Source: Mobula hypostoma (Eukaryota). Taken from it: a stretch of DNA of 64,000 bases. The notes below the pieces were generated by a model. It saw only the letters and a program-made list of their open reading frames with translations. It did not search any database and was not told the origin of the DNA. The stretch lies in the NCBI RefSeq assembly GCF_963921235.1, contig NC_086097.1:162814001-162878000 (forward strand), in the 5' to 3' direction. A program made the translations under genes and the position numbers. The first letter of the stretch is position 1. The number at the start of each line of letters is the position of its first letter. Shown one piece after another: positions 1 to 12,719 of the stretch.

Positions 1-105
1 CAGTTCACAATAGAGACCCATATCAGAATTAGATTTATCTTCACTCACGTCATGAAACTTGCTTTCCTTTGCGGCAGCAGTATAGTGCAATTGATAAAAT
101 CCACA

Positions 106-310
106 GGTGGCACAGTGGCGTAGTAGTTGGCACAACGCTGTACAGCTTAGGCGACCCGGATTCAGTTCCTGCCACTGCCTGTAAGGAGTTTGTATGTTCT
201 CCGCGTGACCATGTGGGTTTCCTCCGGGTGCTCCAGTTTCCTCCCACAGTCCATTGTAAATTGCCCTGTGATTAGGCTAGGATTAAACTGGGGGACTTGC
301 TGTGCGGCAT
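106..310 (+). mobile_element. tRNA-derived V-SINE (HE1-like)
   Basis: tRNA-like head GGTGGCACAGTGGCGTAG..GGATTCAGTTCC and V-domain core GGGTTTCCTCCGGGTGCTCCAGTTTCCTCCCACAGTCC. Weaker copies near 3180-3330 (-), 5050-5240 (+), 5430-5570 (-), 55735-55880 (-). Confidence 0.7.
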
Positions 311-344
311 GACACGGGAGTGACAGTCTCAGCAGCAGCCACTG

Positions 345-1035
345 CACTTGAAGGCACTGTCCTCCAGTGTTGTCTTGGTGTTGTTTTTTCAGCGAATGCG
401 CTTTTCTTCAGCTGCAAGCCTCAGCCTCTCTTCTCCTCTTTTTAGATCTCTGCGTAGTTCCATCCTCCGCTTGCAATGTCCTCCCACCTCTCGACGTTCA
501 TGTTCAGTGACTTCATGTCTCTTGCAGACATCTTTGAAATGAAGATGGGGCCGCCTTGTGCTCTCTTGCCAGAGGCCAGTGCCCCGTACAGCAGGTCTTT
601 TGGGATCATCCCGTCCGACATGCAGTGTACGTGGCCCAGCCAACGGAGACGGCGTTATTGGAGCAGGGCGAAGAGGCTGGGTATCTGGGCGCGGGCCAGG
701 ACCTCATTGTTGGTGACTTGGTCAACCCACTTGATGTCCAGGATGCGTCTCAGGCTGCGAAGGTGGAAGGCGTTGAGACGCCACTCGTCTGGAGTAGAGG
801 CTCCAGGTCTCGCTGCCGTGAAGCAGTGTACTGAGGACGCAGGCCCTGTAGATTGCCACCTTGGTGTGTGTCGTCAGCTTTTTGTTCTCCCAGACTCTCT
901 TTGTCAGCCTGGCGAATGTTGAGGCTGCTCATCCGATCCGTCTGTTGATCTCGGGGTCTAGGGAGAGACTGTCCGTGATGGTGGAGCCAAGGTATGTAAA
1001 CTCGTGAACTACCTCCAGCTCGTAGTTGTTGATGG
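345..1035 (-). mobile_element. RTE-clade LINE, 3' fragment
   Basis: Minus frames give FTYLGSTITD, RRLRWLGHVH, IPKDLLYG and RPHLHFKDVCKR, typical of the RTE ORF C-terminus; frameshifted. Confidence 0.85.
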
Positions 1036-1972
1036 TGTATATATATTGTATTTTTTTATGTATTGCACTGTATTGCTGCTGCAAATCACTGAATTTCACA
1101 ACCATGCCAGAAATAATGAGACCATTTCTGATTTCTTATTGGACCAATCTGAGAAAGATTTGTATTTTTTTATATTTTGCCTTCTCCACCGAAAAGCTAT
1201 CTTGCTTCTGGAGGCTAAAATTACCTGTTGAGAAACCTCAATAGTGCATTCATAACTTTTTACAGTACTGATCACATGTGCATCTTCTGTTAGTACAATT
1301 AATCTAAACCAAGGACTCCAAAAATAACAAACAGTGGAAACTTTAGGACTGCACATCATTATTCAGTTTAATAGAGTTCAGCAGACCAAAATCAGTCTTC
1401 TGCAAGTGTGCTACCTAATGACCTTACACTGCAGCAGATGCAAGGTCTTCCTCTACTGTGTTGTGTGTAGAGAAACAGTTGTACGCTATAATAAAAATAC
1501 CATCAGTGATTCAAAGAAACACTTCAGGAGTCTTGTTTGCACTCCCAACCAAGGTATAATTCCACAGGCAAGATTTTAGCTAATTTTGTGAACAGCGAGC
1601 TTCCATGAGCAGCAGAATATGGTAATCGGATCATCTTGTTGATTGATTTTAGATAAAGGATAAATATTGGCCAGGGATCTGCTCTTGTTAAAATAGTGCC
1701 CAACTGTTACGTTCATCTGACAAAGGAGATAGAATTGTGGTTTAGTACTCCATCGATAAAGTTCCCAATGAAATGCAGCATCCTCTTAGTACTGCAATAA
1801 AGGAACCACCTAGATTTTTCAGTTGATATCTCAGATATGACCTAAACCCATAAACATCTGATTCAGAACTGACAATGTCATTCTTTGAACCATTCCTTCA
1901 AATGACCTTTTGAAAATAAGCTTAAAAATCATTCGACAGTAACTTTCACGTCTATTATGGAAAATTTCTTAC

Positions 1973-2085
1973 TTTCTCTTCACTGAGTTCTCATCAAAGG
2001 AAAGAATCATATGGCTGCCCCGGGCAAGACCAAATTGGAAAGCTTTGGGAATAATGGCTGGCAACTCCGCTGCGGCACACTGCAC
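1973..2085 (-). CDS. LAMA1: Laminin alpha-1 exon, start of LG4 (last exon found in window)
   Basis: 113 nt encoding VQCAAAELPAIIPKAFQFGLARGSHMILSFDENSVKR; resembles human EQCVVDAALEYVPGAHQFGLTQNSHFILPFNQSAVRK (recalled). Confidence 0.92.
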
Positions 2086-4260
2086 CTGTTGATCAGAAAT
2101 GACCAGCAATAAAACAGTTACCAATGGAAGTATTGTTAGCATTGCTTTATTTGTATTCTCCTTTGCAGGAACCCCATTCAGGAAGGTGGACTGGCATCAT
2201 GTGTTCCTGCCTTTGCCAGCTTTAGGTGTTATTGAGCACCCCCCCCACCCCGCCGCCCGAAGACATCACCTTCTGGAACATTCCCTTGCCAACACCCAGA
2301 GAAATGTCCTTATCCACTGCATAAACTCCAGAAACTGTTTCCAGAGGCAGAAGGGTTGATAACCAGAGGACATGAATATAAGGGAATTAACTATAAAATG
2401 AAGTGTGAGGCTGTTTGAGGACACAGTACTTCACACAGCTGGTAATGCCTGAAAGGAAGGTGGAAGCACAATTAAGGATATAAATACCTGAAGGGAAACT
2501 ATTTACAGTTTAATGTAGATAAAGGAGCAGGATTGATTTAACAGCTCAATCAAAAGAGCCAGCACAGATTTGGTGGCCTGAATAGGTCTCTTGTGAACCA
2601 ATTTAGAACATAGAACAGTACAGCAGAAGACAAAGTTTGCACCAACTACGATCCTGAATTAAACTAATTCTCTTCTGCCTGTACATGATCCATATCCTGC
2701 CATTCCCTGTATATCCATCTGTCCAACAGCCTCTTCAATGCCACTGTCAAATCTGTTTCCAGCATTATCACCAGCATCACGTTCCAGGCACCTGCCCGGC
2801 AGAACTCCCCTCCCACCTTAAATGTATGCCCTCTAGTACTTGACAATTCCCTCCTGAGATAGATACTATCTGCCTTCACCTCTGCCTCTCATAATCTTAC
2901 AGACTGCTCATCAGATCTCCCTTCAGTCTCTGTTGCTCCAAAAAGTAACCCAAGTCTGTCCAACCTCCCCTTATAGCTCATCTCAGGCAGCAACCTGGTA
3001 AACCTCTTCTGCACCCTTTCCAAAGCCTCACATCCCATTTCTCATTCTATCTCTCGTAATTCCATGATACGGAAGCAGTGTTTAGATCCACTGAATTTAG
3101 ATCAATCCCATTCCATCACTTAACTCCCTGCAACCTACTCTCCCTCAATTCTCCCCAGTTACCTAGAGGTAGTTAACAACAGTCAATTTATCTTGCCAGA
3201 GCATCTTTGGGATGCATGAGGAAACCGGAGCAGCTGCATGAGGAGCAGGAAAACTCTACACAGACAGCACTGGACATCAGGGTCAAATCCGAGTCACTGC
3301 AAACTGTGCAGTGCTGCCAGATGCTGTGTCAACTTGCCGCTCCGAGATTCGCCAAAAGGGAGAGATGTGCCATCACCACACCTCTCCCAAGCTAAATAAA
3401 TAAATATTTTGGAAACTGCAATGTTTTAGTTCAATTTAAAGTGGGAAGTGTTTCAGACTGCAGTTAGATTTGCAATGTGGCGAAGAGGGAAAAACAAGAT
3501 GCCTGTGTTTCAAAATGAGGAATTGCATGTGACGTGCTGGACTTACCTGCCTGTCAAGACCTGTCACACTTAGCCTTTTCTTAAACGCAATTGAAAGAAG
3601 TCCTTTTCTAGGTTGTTACTTTTTAATATTACATCAATATAGGTGCATATACCTGCTTTCACCTTACATTAAAAAGATTCAAAATTACAGGTGAGTAAAG
3701 CTCCAGACTCTGTGATCTCTGTGAACCTGCTTGGAGAGGTCCCCTGCTGGATACAAATACAATGGAACTACCTGGCAGAGGTGGGTTCAATGCCTGGTCA
3801 CTGAGGCCAAGGTGATATGACACATTCATATACAATAATACTTCATTTCATATTAACTGAAATTGAAAGCCTCAATTATCGAATTAAGAACATAAGAAAT
3901 AGCAGGAGTCAGCCATCTAGCCTGTTAAGCTTGATCTGCCATTCATAAAATCATGACTGATCTGGCTATTGATTCAACTCCTCCTACCTGCCTTTTTCTC
4001 AAACCCTTATTTCCCCTGAAATGTAAAAATCTAACTTTGCCGTAAGTATATTTAATGAGGTAGCTTCTACTGTTTCCCTGGGCAGAGAATTCCACGGATT
4101 CACATCTCTGGGAAAATTAGTTTCTCCTCACCTCCTTCCTAAGTCAATTCCCTCGATTCAAATAGGCTATGCCCCCTAGTTCAAATACTACTTCTGTGAA
4201 TTTAATCAAAATTTGGCAAATGTTTTCAACTGCATGGAGTTGATAATTCAAAATCCTTAC

Positions 4261-4459
4261 AGCTTTCTTGTTGGAAGGTGAGCTGAGGGCTGTGGTTGAG
4301 GAACCTAATGATTTTTCAGGTGGTCTTATGGGTATGACAGTAGGCTGATGTGCAAGCTCAGAGCCTCTCTCATCTGGTGCAGGTGTTGGTCTCTCTGAAA
4401 GCAGGCAACTGTCCAGCTCGATGTTCTGGTACTTCAGTGCACCACTGAAATCTAACAAC
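4261..4459 (-). CDS. LAMA1: Laminin alpha-1 exon, end of LG3 and LG3-LG4 linker
   Basis: 199 nt encoding LLDFSGALKYQNIELDSCLLSERPTPAPDERGSELAHQPTVIPIRPPEKSLGSSTTALSSPSNKKA. Donor GTAAGG gives the phase 0 needed by the next exon; this boundary is less certain than the others. Confidence 0.85.
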
Positions 4460-6069
4460 CTGGGATTAGAAGAAAAACATTATTTTAAATTGCATAGGCT
4501 CAGCAGCAATCAGCATAAAAGATAAGACACAATTTTACAGCAAATGATTACAGAGAAGTGATTTATACAGCTAATGTCCCTTAATGATGCAATCTTTTTA
4601 CCATTTGTTTTTAAGATGCAATTTATATTTAGATGCAACAGAACTGGATTTATTAGCTGCTGGTATTTTAAGAGATGGTGCTGTTCAAAGTGTGACAGGA
4701 CAATTCAAGCTTTATGATTTCTGTCCTAGTGCTTTTCATTAACCAATCATAAAATGTTACTGGTAACAATAGCTTCTCTGTTATGGGTGACCTAGCAGCA
4801 AATGCTTCTGTGATGTGATATTGTGTAACTCAGAACATAGCTAGAGGGGCACTCATTCCCCCCACCCCACCCCCTTTTGTGGTTGTTGCTGCTTTGGATG
4901 AGATTTTAGTTTGAATGTGGGATATTGCAGGAACTCAAACACACTACAATTTGTCCTCAGAGGGTAAGATTAACATCCGTATCATTTGTCCCCATTTAAT
5001 CTGGATGGTATATGTAGTTATATTTAAGAGCGACACAGTTATGATTGGAGTTATTGCCTCACAGTTTCAGTGATCTGGGTTCAACCCTGACCACTGGTGT
5101 TGTCCTGTGAAGCCTGCATGTTCTCCCTGTGACAATATGTGTTACCCTCCAATAGACCAATTTTATCCCATGTCCAAAAAATGGGGGAGGGGTTAGTAGG
5201 TTATTTGACCTTTGTAAATTGATCCAAACATGTTGATGAGTGACAGAATCTGGAAGGAGAATAATGTTTTATATGTCACATGTACATCAGAATATTGAAG
5301 CATACAGTGAAATGCATTGCTTGCATCAACGATCAACTCTGGTCGAGGATAAGCTGGCAGCAGTCGTCAGTGTTGTAATGCGTTCGGCGCCAACATAGCA
5401 AGCCCTCAACTTACTAACCCTAACCCGTACACCTTTCGAATATGTGAGGAAACTGGAGCATCCAGAATAAACACGTGGTCATGGGGAGAACGCACAAATT
5501 CCTTACAGTTAGCGGCAGAAATTGAACCCCAATGTAAAGCATTACACTAACTTACTACTCTACTGTGTCACCCTGAAAAAATGGGAATGCACAGAAAAAA
5601 AGCTTACACTGAAAACTAGCATGAGAAAAGAATTGCTTTGTGCGCTGGCATCAAAACAAAGGGCCAAATGGTCCACTTCTATGGCAAAGTAAAATATGAA
5701 ATCTATCCATACCATGGTTCCAATGGCATTATTTCTGCTGTATTATTCTCATGAAGGCTGTTCCAAGGACTTTACAGCTAATCAAATACTGTTGTAGTAT
5801 TGTAAAGTGGCACCGCGTTTGTCCACAGTAAGCTCTCAGCAACAGCAATCTAATAATAATCTGAAATTTTAACTGTGGGATAAATACTGGCCACATTCTT
5901 CTATTTGTTGTGCAAGGATTAACTTCCATACATTTGAAGAGGCAGGCTACAGGGCCTCAGTTTATTGTCTGATCTGGAAGTCAGTAATGCTGACAGTGTG
6001 TACATCCCTCAGTGTTGCACTGGGATTTCAGCCTAGATATGCTGGCCAGGCAGAATTGTCGAAACTTAC

Positions 6070-6252
6070 TCCGTGTTGAGGATCAGGTTCTTGATGCAGC
6101 CCCGGAACGATTTTGTTATCTTAAGGACAACAGCGCCCTCTCCAGCAGGAACTCCACCAGCATACAGCCTGGTAATGTTCAACGGACTGTCTGCAGAAGA
6201 GCCGAGCCTCATTTCAACGAAGTTTCCCTCATCGACCTGCAGCGCCATTATT
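6070..6252 (-). CDS. LAMA1: Laminin alpha-1 exon, LG3
   Basis: 183 nt encoding IMALQVDEGNFVEMRLGSSADSPLNITRLYAGGVPAGEGAVVLKITKSFRGCIKNLILNT(E). Confidence 0.95.
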
Positions 6253-7129
6253 CTGAAAGAGTGAGTTTAACACTCAAAACCAAGATGTCAAAGGGAAACC
6301 TATACATTCACCTCCCTCATTATGTATCCCACTATTTCAGATATTTATGGGCAGGGCAGTGGCCCAGAAACTCCACCACACACTGTTGCAACAGCCTCTT
6401 TATCCACAAACTGTTAATTTTGCAGGTCACCAGAATGTATGGAAGGGTCCAATATCGCACCTGCACACTCACTCTGCCCATGGGCAGCATGGTTAGAGGG
6501 CACTGGTATCTCCCAGTGGAAGTGGGCAACTTCACTTCACTTTTGGCCCCTTTAGAGAAATGGGTTGTAACTGACTCAAAACCAGGTAGCATATTAAGAA
6601 AACCTACAGAGGATGTCATTAAACAGTGGTTAAAGGTAAACTGACCCCTGCAGTTGGAGCAAATGTGGGGGGTGCAGGTGGGAGGTGAATTGCAAGTTCC
6701 ATTTTGAAACCACAGGTTACTACTGGTCATTGTTTAAACCAGCCCTAAGATCTCTGTGCTATCCCTCTAATAAAGCAATGGACCACCTAATGTGGTGACA
6801 TTGACACAAACTGGAAGGTCTCACAATTTAAACTCTTGGGTGTTCAGTTCTGTGTCAGCTAGCTAGTCTCAGAAGCTACTAAATTCTCCCCTTTGAGTTC
6901 ATTATTCATTATGGAAGCGTATTTTTGAAGATGCCAATTCACACAGATAAATTTACACTTATGTGAGCACTGCTGGACTGATCAAAGTGATGGCACTAAA
7001 TTTTGTCTGCTTGTAGGCCTTCTGTCCAAGTCAAGAAGTGAAATGAGAAAACCTGTCCCTTTGACTTGCTTTCGTTTTGCTTTGCCACATCCTCTGGCTT
7101 TGGCCAGGTACATTCATGCCAATACACAC

Positions 7130-7281
7130 CTCCTGTTCCTTCTGAGTATGATGGAGTGCTCCAGCCCATCACTGTATGTTCCGGATGGGGCCTTGGCAAC
7201 GAGTCTCCTTGTGCCGATTCCATCTCCAGTGTTTATGTACACTTCGATACGCCCATCAATCATCACGATGCTAAGAAATGC
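7130..7281 (-). CDS. LAMA1: Laminin alpha-1 exon, LG3
   Basis: 152 nt encoding AFLSIVMIDGRIEVYINTGDGIGTRRLVAKAPSGTYSDGLEHSIILRRNR(R); cAG..GTgtgt. Confidence 0.93.
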
Positions 7282-7609
7282 CTGCAGATGTTGAAGGAGT
7301 AGTTAAAAAATCCACACCATACCGCACCAATCATCTAGTTCTGCCTGTTCATACCATGAGCTGTGTGGAAGGCAGGAACACCCCCAATACCTCCATAAAT
7401 GAAGTCAGCAACAACAGAATTATTTAATCCTTGTGATTTTCATTTAGAATATGGTAACAAGATGTCAAGGCAGAAATGAAGGAGCATAGAGATTTTGGAA
7501 AGCTCTAGGGTTGGGAGATGAGTTAATGTGAGGGTGACATCACAGAGATATCAGAACATAAGGGTGAAACTTCATATTGGCTATTGTGGAACTGCGGGCA
7601 TCTTCCACC

Positions 7610-8935
7610 ATGTGGGAACTCAGTTTGGAGCTGTAATTCACAACCTTCATACTATTTCATTAGGAGTTTGAGGAGAATTGGTATGTCACCAAAGACACTC
7701 ACAAAATTCTACAGATGGACCGTGGAGAGCATTTTAACTGATTGCATCATCATTGTCTGATATGGAGGGGCCACTGCACCGGATCAGAAAAAGCTGCAGA
7801 AAGTTGTAAACCTGCCAGCTTCATCCTGGGCACTAGCCTCCCCAACATCTGGGACACCTTCAAAAGGTGATGCCTCAAAAAGGCAGCATCCATCATTAAG
7901 GACACCCATCAGCCAGGACATGCCCTCTTCTCATTACTACCACAAAGGAGGAGGTGCAGGAGCCTGAAGACACATACTCAATGATTCTGGAACAGCTTCT
8001 TCCCCCCCACTCCCCACCATCAGACTTCTGAATGGACAATGAACCCATGTACATTACCTCAGTAATTTTTCCCTATCTTTTTGCACTACTTTCTTTTTTT
8101 ATGTAAGGGGTTTCTTCTTTTATGTCACTGTGAAGGCTAACAAAATGGCTTCTTTGTTACGTTATAATTAAAATGGCTTTTCTGTACTAATAACTGTGAT
8201 GTAAGGAGTTCTCTCTCTCTCTGCTTGTTTGGGTTATATTATTGATAAGAGAGGGAATGAACCAGTTGGGATAGGTGTTATTCTTTTTTCTGTGTCTGTA
8301 AGCTATTGTGTTTCGTCGGCTTTGGAGAGAAGGCACGATGGGGACAGAGAGAGGAGACGCGATGCTGTGACCCTGGGCGGTGGGACAGACCCCGAGCAGG
8401 AGTCTGAGGCCCAGGGTCTTCGACGTGGAGAGGAGACGAAGACAGACTCATGTGGAGCGTCTGGTTGACCACTGTGGTTGGTTCCAGGCGGCAGGTCGAA
8501 ATGGTCGGAGGGGATCGAATGGTGGAAAGAAGACTCCGTTAATTGGGCTCCAACTGTTGTGCACGAAGTGGTTGAACTTTGATAAGTTTGGTGCCTTTTA
8601 CTTTCCTTTTATATTTTATCTCTATTAATTACATAGTTCCAGTAATATCTATAAATTGTAATCATTTAATCATATATGGTGTATCATCTGTTATTTGGCG
8701 GGGTGGGGTACATCACACAGCATCCACACAAACTTGATTACCCAATTTGGCAGGACCGAAGGCTGCTCCCCCTAGATGGAAACAAGTTGAGCGAGCCTGA
8801 GGCTTGCCAGGGGGCCACATATATATATTCTTATTACAATTTATAGCTTATTGTTATGCATTGCAATGCACTGCTGCCACAAAACAACAGATTTCACAAT
8901 GTATGCCAAAAACATTAAACTTGATTCTGATTCTG
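7610..8935 (+). mobile_element. Rex1/Babar-like LINE 3' fragment, interrupted at 8102-8819
   Basis: GAGAGCATTTTAACTGATTGCATC (ESILTGCI-type motif) and GATTCT-type tail. Related fragments at about 9000-9330, 45560-46100, 53910-54400 and 56935-57500. Confidence 0.7.
8102..8819. mobile_element. Probable solo LTR
   Basis: 718-bp block, TGTAAGG...GCCACA, splitting a Rex1-like 3' tail that is contiguous in the other copies. TSD unclear in a T/A-rich site. Confidence 0.55.
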
Positions 8936-9344
8936 TGCGGGTAATGAACAGTTCTCAGGAATGAGATCCTGCTGTAACCTCAGGAATTCCTGCAATATTT
9001 CAAAAGGCACATCTTCAAAAGGTGGTGCCTCAGGAAGATAGCATCCATCATTCAGGACACTCACCATGAGGGACATGCCCTCTTCTCATTACTACCATCA
9101 GGCAGTTGAGACAGGAGCCTGGAGATCCACACTCAATGCTTTAGGAACAGCTTCATCACCTCTGCCATCAGATTTCTGAACAATCTGTGAAACCATGAAC
9201 ACTATTTCGCCATTCCTCTTTGACACTATTTATTATCTATTCAACATAATAATTTTTTGTTTTGCACTGTATTCCCACAAAATAACAAATGTCATGACAT
9301 CTGTCTGTGGTAATAAATTCTGATTCTGACTTTGATGCAGATCC

Positions 9345-10105
9345 CTCCCCTTCCAGTTAAGATGGTGCTGGTGAACTTCAGTGACTTTTGGCTGGTGGCT
9401 AATGAAATAAGGATAGCAGCTAACTGCTTTTTAAATCTCACTTTTTCTGGCAAACCATCATCGCAAGTAATAGTCTGTGACTTCCCTTTGGACTTGGAGG
9501 CAATTCGATGTGGCAGAACCAAGGCAAGCTGAGGCAGTGAGCCCAATACTGACAGCGTGGAAGACTGTGAAAGGTCAGCTACAGCCCAATTCAAAGCTGT
9601 GGGGTTATCTCTCTCTTTAGACAGAGATTTACAGGCTGAATCAGTGAAGTCCGGTGTGATCAAGCGGCAGAACCTGTTTCTTGGCTGGAGATTTAATCTC
9701 CAGATCAGATTGAAAAGGTCAGGGTATCCAGGCCCAAGGCAATGGGCGGGCCAGTTCAGATCACTGCTCGAAGCAGCAGAACCTGGTGCTCAGACAGAAT
9801 TTTGTGCCGGGCCAAATTGAAAAGGCCAGGGTGTCGGAGCCCCATGTGAGCTATGGGCTGGTTCGGATTGCTGCTCCAAGACGTTTACTTGGCTCTGCGG
9901 TGAACTGTGGGACTCGCTTTGCAGACTTCAGTTCAGGAACGGTATTCGTTTGCGGTTATTGTTTTGCATGATGTACTTTTCATTGCACATCGGGTATATA
10001 TGGAGTATTTTTTTGGGTGCCTCTTTAGTGACTGCCTGTTAGGAGATGAATTTCAAGGTTGTATAATGCATAAATACTTTGATAATAAATGTACTGAACT
10101 CTCTT
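9345..10105 (+). mobile_element. Unclassified non-autonomous retroposon with Rex1-like tail
   Basis: Ends in TACTTTGATAATAAATGTACT, similar to tails near 44610-44635 and 57475-57500; body has no recognisable coding motif. Confidence 0.4.
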
Positions 10106-10113
10106 GGAAGTAA

Positions 10114-10623
10114 AGCCTGATTTATACTTCTGCGTTGACTCGACGCCGTAACCTACGCATGTGACTTACAGGCGTTGAGAGCATTTATACTTGTGCGTTG
10201 GTGTGACAGCATCGCTCTGCAATTCGCACACGTTATGCATGCGCACAAACCTGCCCGTGCAAGGCTTCATGGTCATGGCAGTCTTTCTCGGGGTAAAAAA
10301 GAAGCGAGCGTCTTTTTTCGTAAAAGCGAAATGTGTCTTCCATAATTTCAGAAGTCTGTAAAGCTTTACGGAAAGCATTGCAGCCAGAGTTCCTTCCCTG
10401 CCCTTCAGTTGCCCAATGGGAAGCTATTGCAGCATAGGAGGAAAAGCGATGCTACCAATCGGACCAATCACAGCTGTTGCGTTCTGCGTTGCTGCGACGC
10501 GCGGTTACATTTTGGAAGAAGTGAGCGTCGCAGCAATGCAGGCTCTGGCATAGGGATCCGCCTCAGTTTTGCGGCGGCGCAGTACTTACGGCATCGCGTT
10601 GACTCAGAAGTATAAATCAGGCT
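10114..10623. mobile_element. PIF/Harbinger-like MITE
   Basis: About 38-bp TIRs AGCCTGATTTATACTTCTG.../...CAGAAGTATAAATCAGGCT flanked by TAA on both sides (10111-10113, 10624-10626). Confidence 0.85.
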
Positions 10624-12719
10624 TAACCAAGTGGATACAATGGTTAAGGTGTTTCATTTTGAGTTACACTGCAAGTGCTCATTGAAATTTGCTGAACTTC
10701 ACTTCATTGTCACTCTCAGGTGGACAAAACACTCACTCACAGGGGCTGGGAAGAGGACGAAGGAACAAAAGAACTCAGAAAACACAAAGGAGAATGAGAG
10801 ACGGAGGGAAAAAAAACAGGAAAAAATACAAAACAAGAAAAAAGAGTGTGGGTAGAAATGTTGACCAATTGAAATCAGCAGAATAACTAAATTAGGTGTT
10901 TATACTGCTATAACAGAAATCATGAGATATGACTGACACAATCACCATTTTTAACTATTTTTAGGTTTCTGGTGAAGTAATATCAAGACGCTGGCCTTTC
11001 TTCTGTAATTAGCACAATGCCATTAGTCCTGCTGATTCTAACATATTCACTATTGCCTATATCAGAGAGTGAGTGGAGTATTCCTGCATTGTGAAAATGA
11101 TGATGCTTGTATACTAGAAATACAGGAACCTTGCCATAATGTATTGGAATGTCCCTCAATTACATACAGCATTTCCTCATCTCAGCTGTTGTACTTTACA
11201 CTGATAGAAAAGTTAACAGTGGGATCTAGATCAACACAGAGATCAAGGGGTACAGGGGTAGAACTGGTGATTCCACTGGCATTCTCTGTGTAATGTTTCT
11301 GAATGCAACTGATACAACTTGTTCTGATTTTCAATAGTTTTAAAGTTGTTTACTTTCATAATTAGAGATTCAAATGATTAAGTACGAGAAAATGGATTTT
11401 ACTTCACAGATCAGTGAATGGGAACTAATCGTAACAAAAAATTGAAGAGAAGTTTGCTTTAAAATACCATTAAATGCATTTCAAAGCAATTAAGTCTATG
11501 GAAGGTGATTTCAGATATTCTTCTGAGACTTGACAAGGTACTTTATAAGTCTAAGCTGTTATTTCATTTAAAGCCATTCGCTTCGCACAAAGTATTCAAA
11601 GATGTGGCAAAAATAACAGTCAACATATGCCTTCTTGTTTATTATTAACTAACTAGTGTACTTGGAAAGTTCATGCTTTTTTTATTCTAACAATATCTTG
11701 CAATTGTAAAATGACTTAACAATTGTAAAATAGTACAACTGCAAAGGCATCAGCAAGATGACCCAAGGTTCCTCACAAGAGTGCTAACAAAATTAAAGTG
11801 GCCTCTGTGCAGCATGAAGTTACTTCAGGTCAGGTGGCCAAAATAAAGGTCAAAAAAAACTTAAAGAAGATAGGAAAGTGGAGGGGTGGAGATTTTGGGG
11901 AGTTAATCAAGCTAAGGGCTTCAAGAGTTTGAAGTAATATTGGAGAAGATGAAATTTAAGATCCTCAAGAGGCAGATGGAGAGAAATTCAGATAATGCAG
12001 AGGGCTGTAGGAGAGGACAGAAAGAGCGAGAGAGAGATAGCTAGGTAGATACAGGAGGGATTTGAAAACAGTTTTTTTTAAGGAATCATGCAGCTCAGAG
12101 AGAAGCTATTCAGCTTAAATTGTCTGTGCCAAAAGCTATCTAATTTGTTCCTGATCTGAATAAAATCGTACTGTACAGCAGAGAAAGGGGCCCTTTTGGC
12201 TCAACTTGTACATGCTAATCATGATGAATATATCTATTCTTATCTTAAGGTTATGTGTTCTAGTTGTAGGTTCCCTAACCTAGACAAAAGGCTTGTACTA
12301 TCTGCTCTATTTATTCCTCTCATTAACTTTATTGACTTCTAAATGGTTATCCCTAAGCCTTCTTCATTCCAGTGGGAATAAACTTATTCTATCCAATCTC
12401 TCCTGGTTGCTAAATTCCTCCATTCTAAACAGCTCCTGATGAATCTCTTCTATACTCTAATACCATCATATTCTGGTGATGACCAGAACTGTACATAATA
12501 CTCCACCAATACTTTTATACAGTGTGACATGATACCCTATCTCTTCAACTCAATGCCTTGGCCTTTGAAGGCAAACATACCAGGTGCCTTATTCACTACT
12601 CTACCCACCTGTCTCTTCATTTTCAGGGAACTATGAACTTGCACCTCAAGGTCACTCTCTACATCAACACCCCTAAAGTCCCTGTCATTTACTGGGTTTA
12701 ACAGGTCAAAATGCCTATT

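Noticed and set aside
106..175. tRNA gene
   Set aside because: It is a SINE head running into the V-SINE core; no complete cloverleaf.
476..922. 148-aa plus-strand ORF
   Set aside because: Antisense to the GC-rich RTE fragment.
6012..6644. 210-aa plus-strand ORF
   Set aside because: Antisense shadow of exon 6070-6252 plus intron; no recognisable domain.
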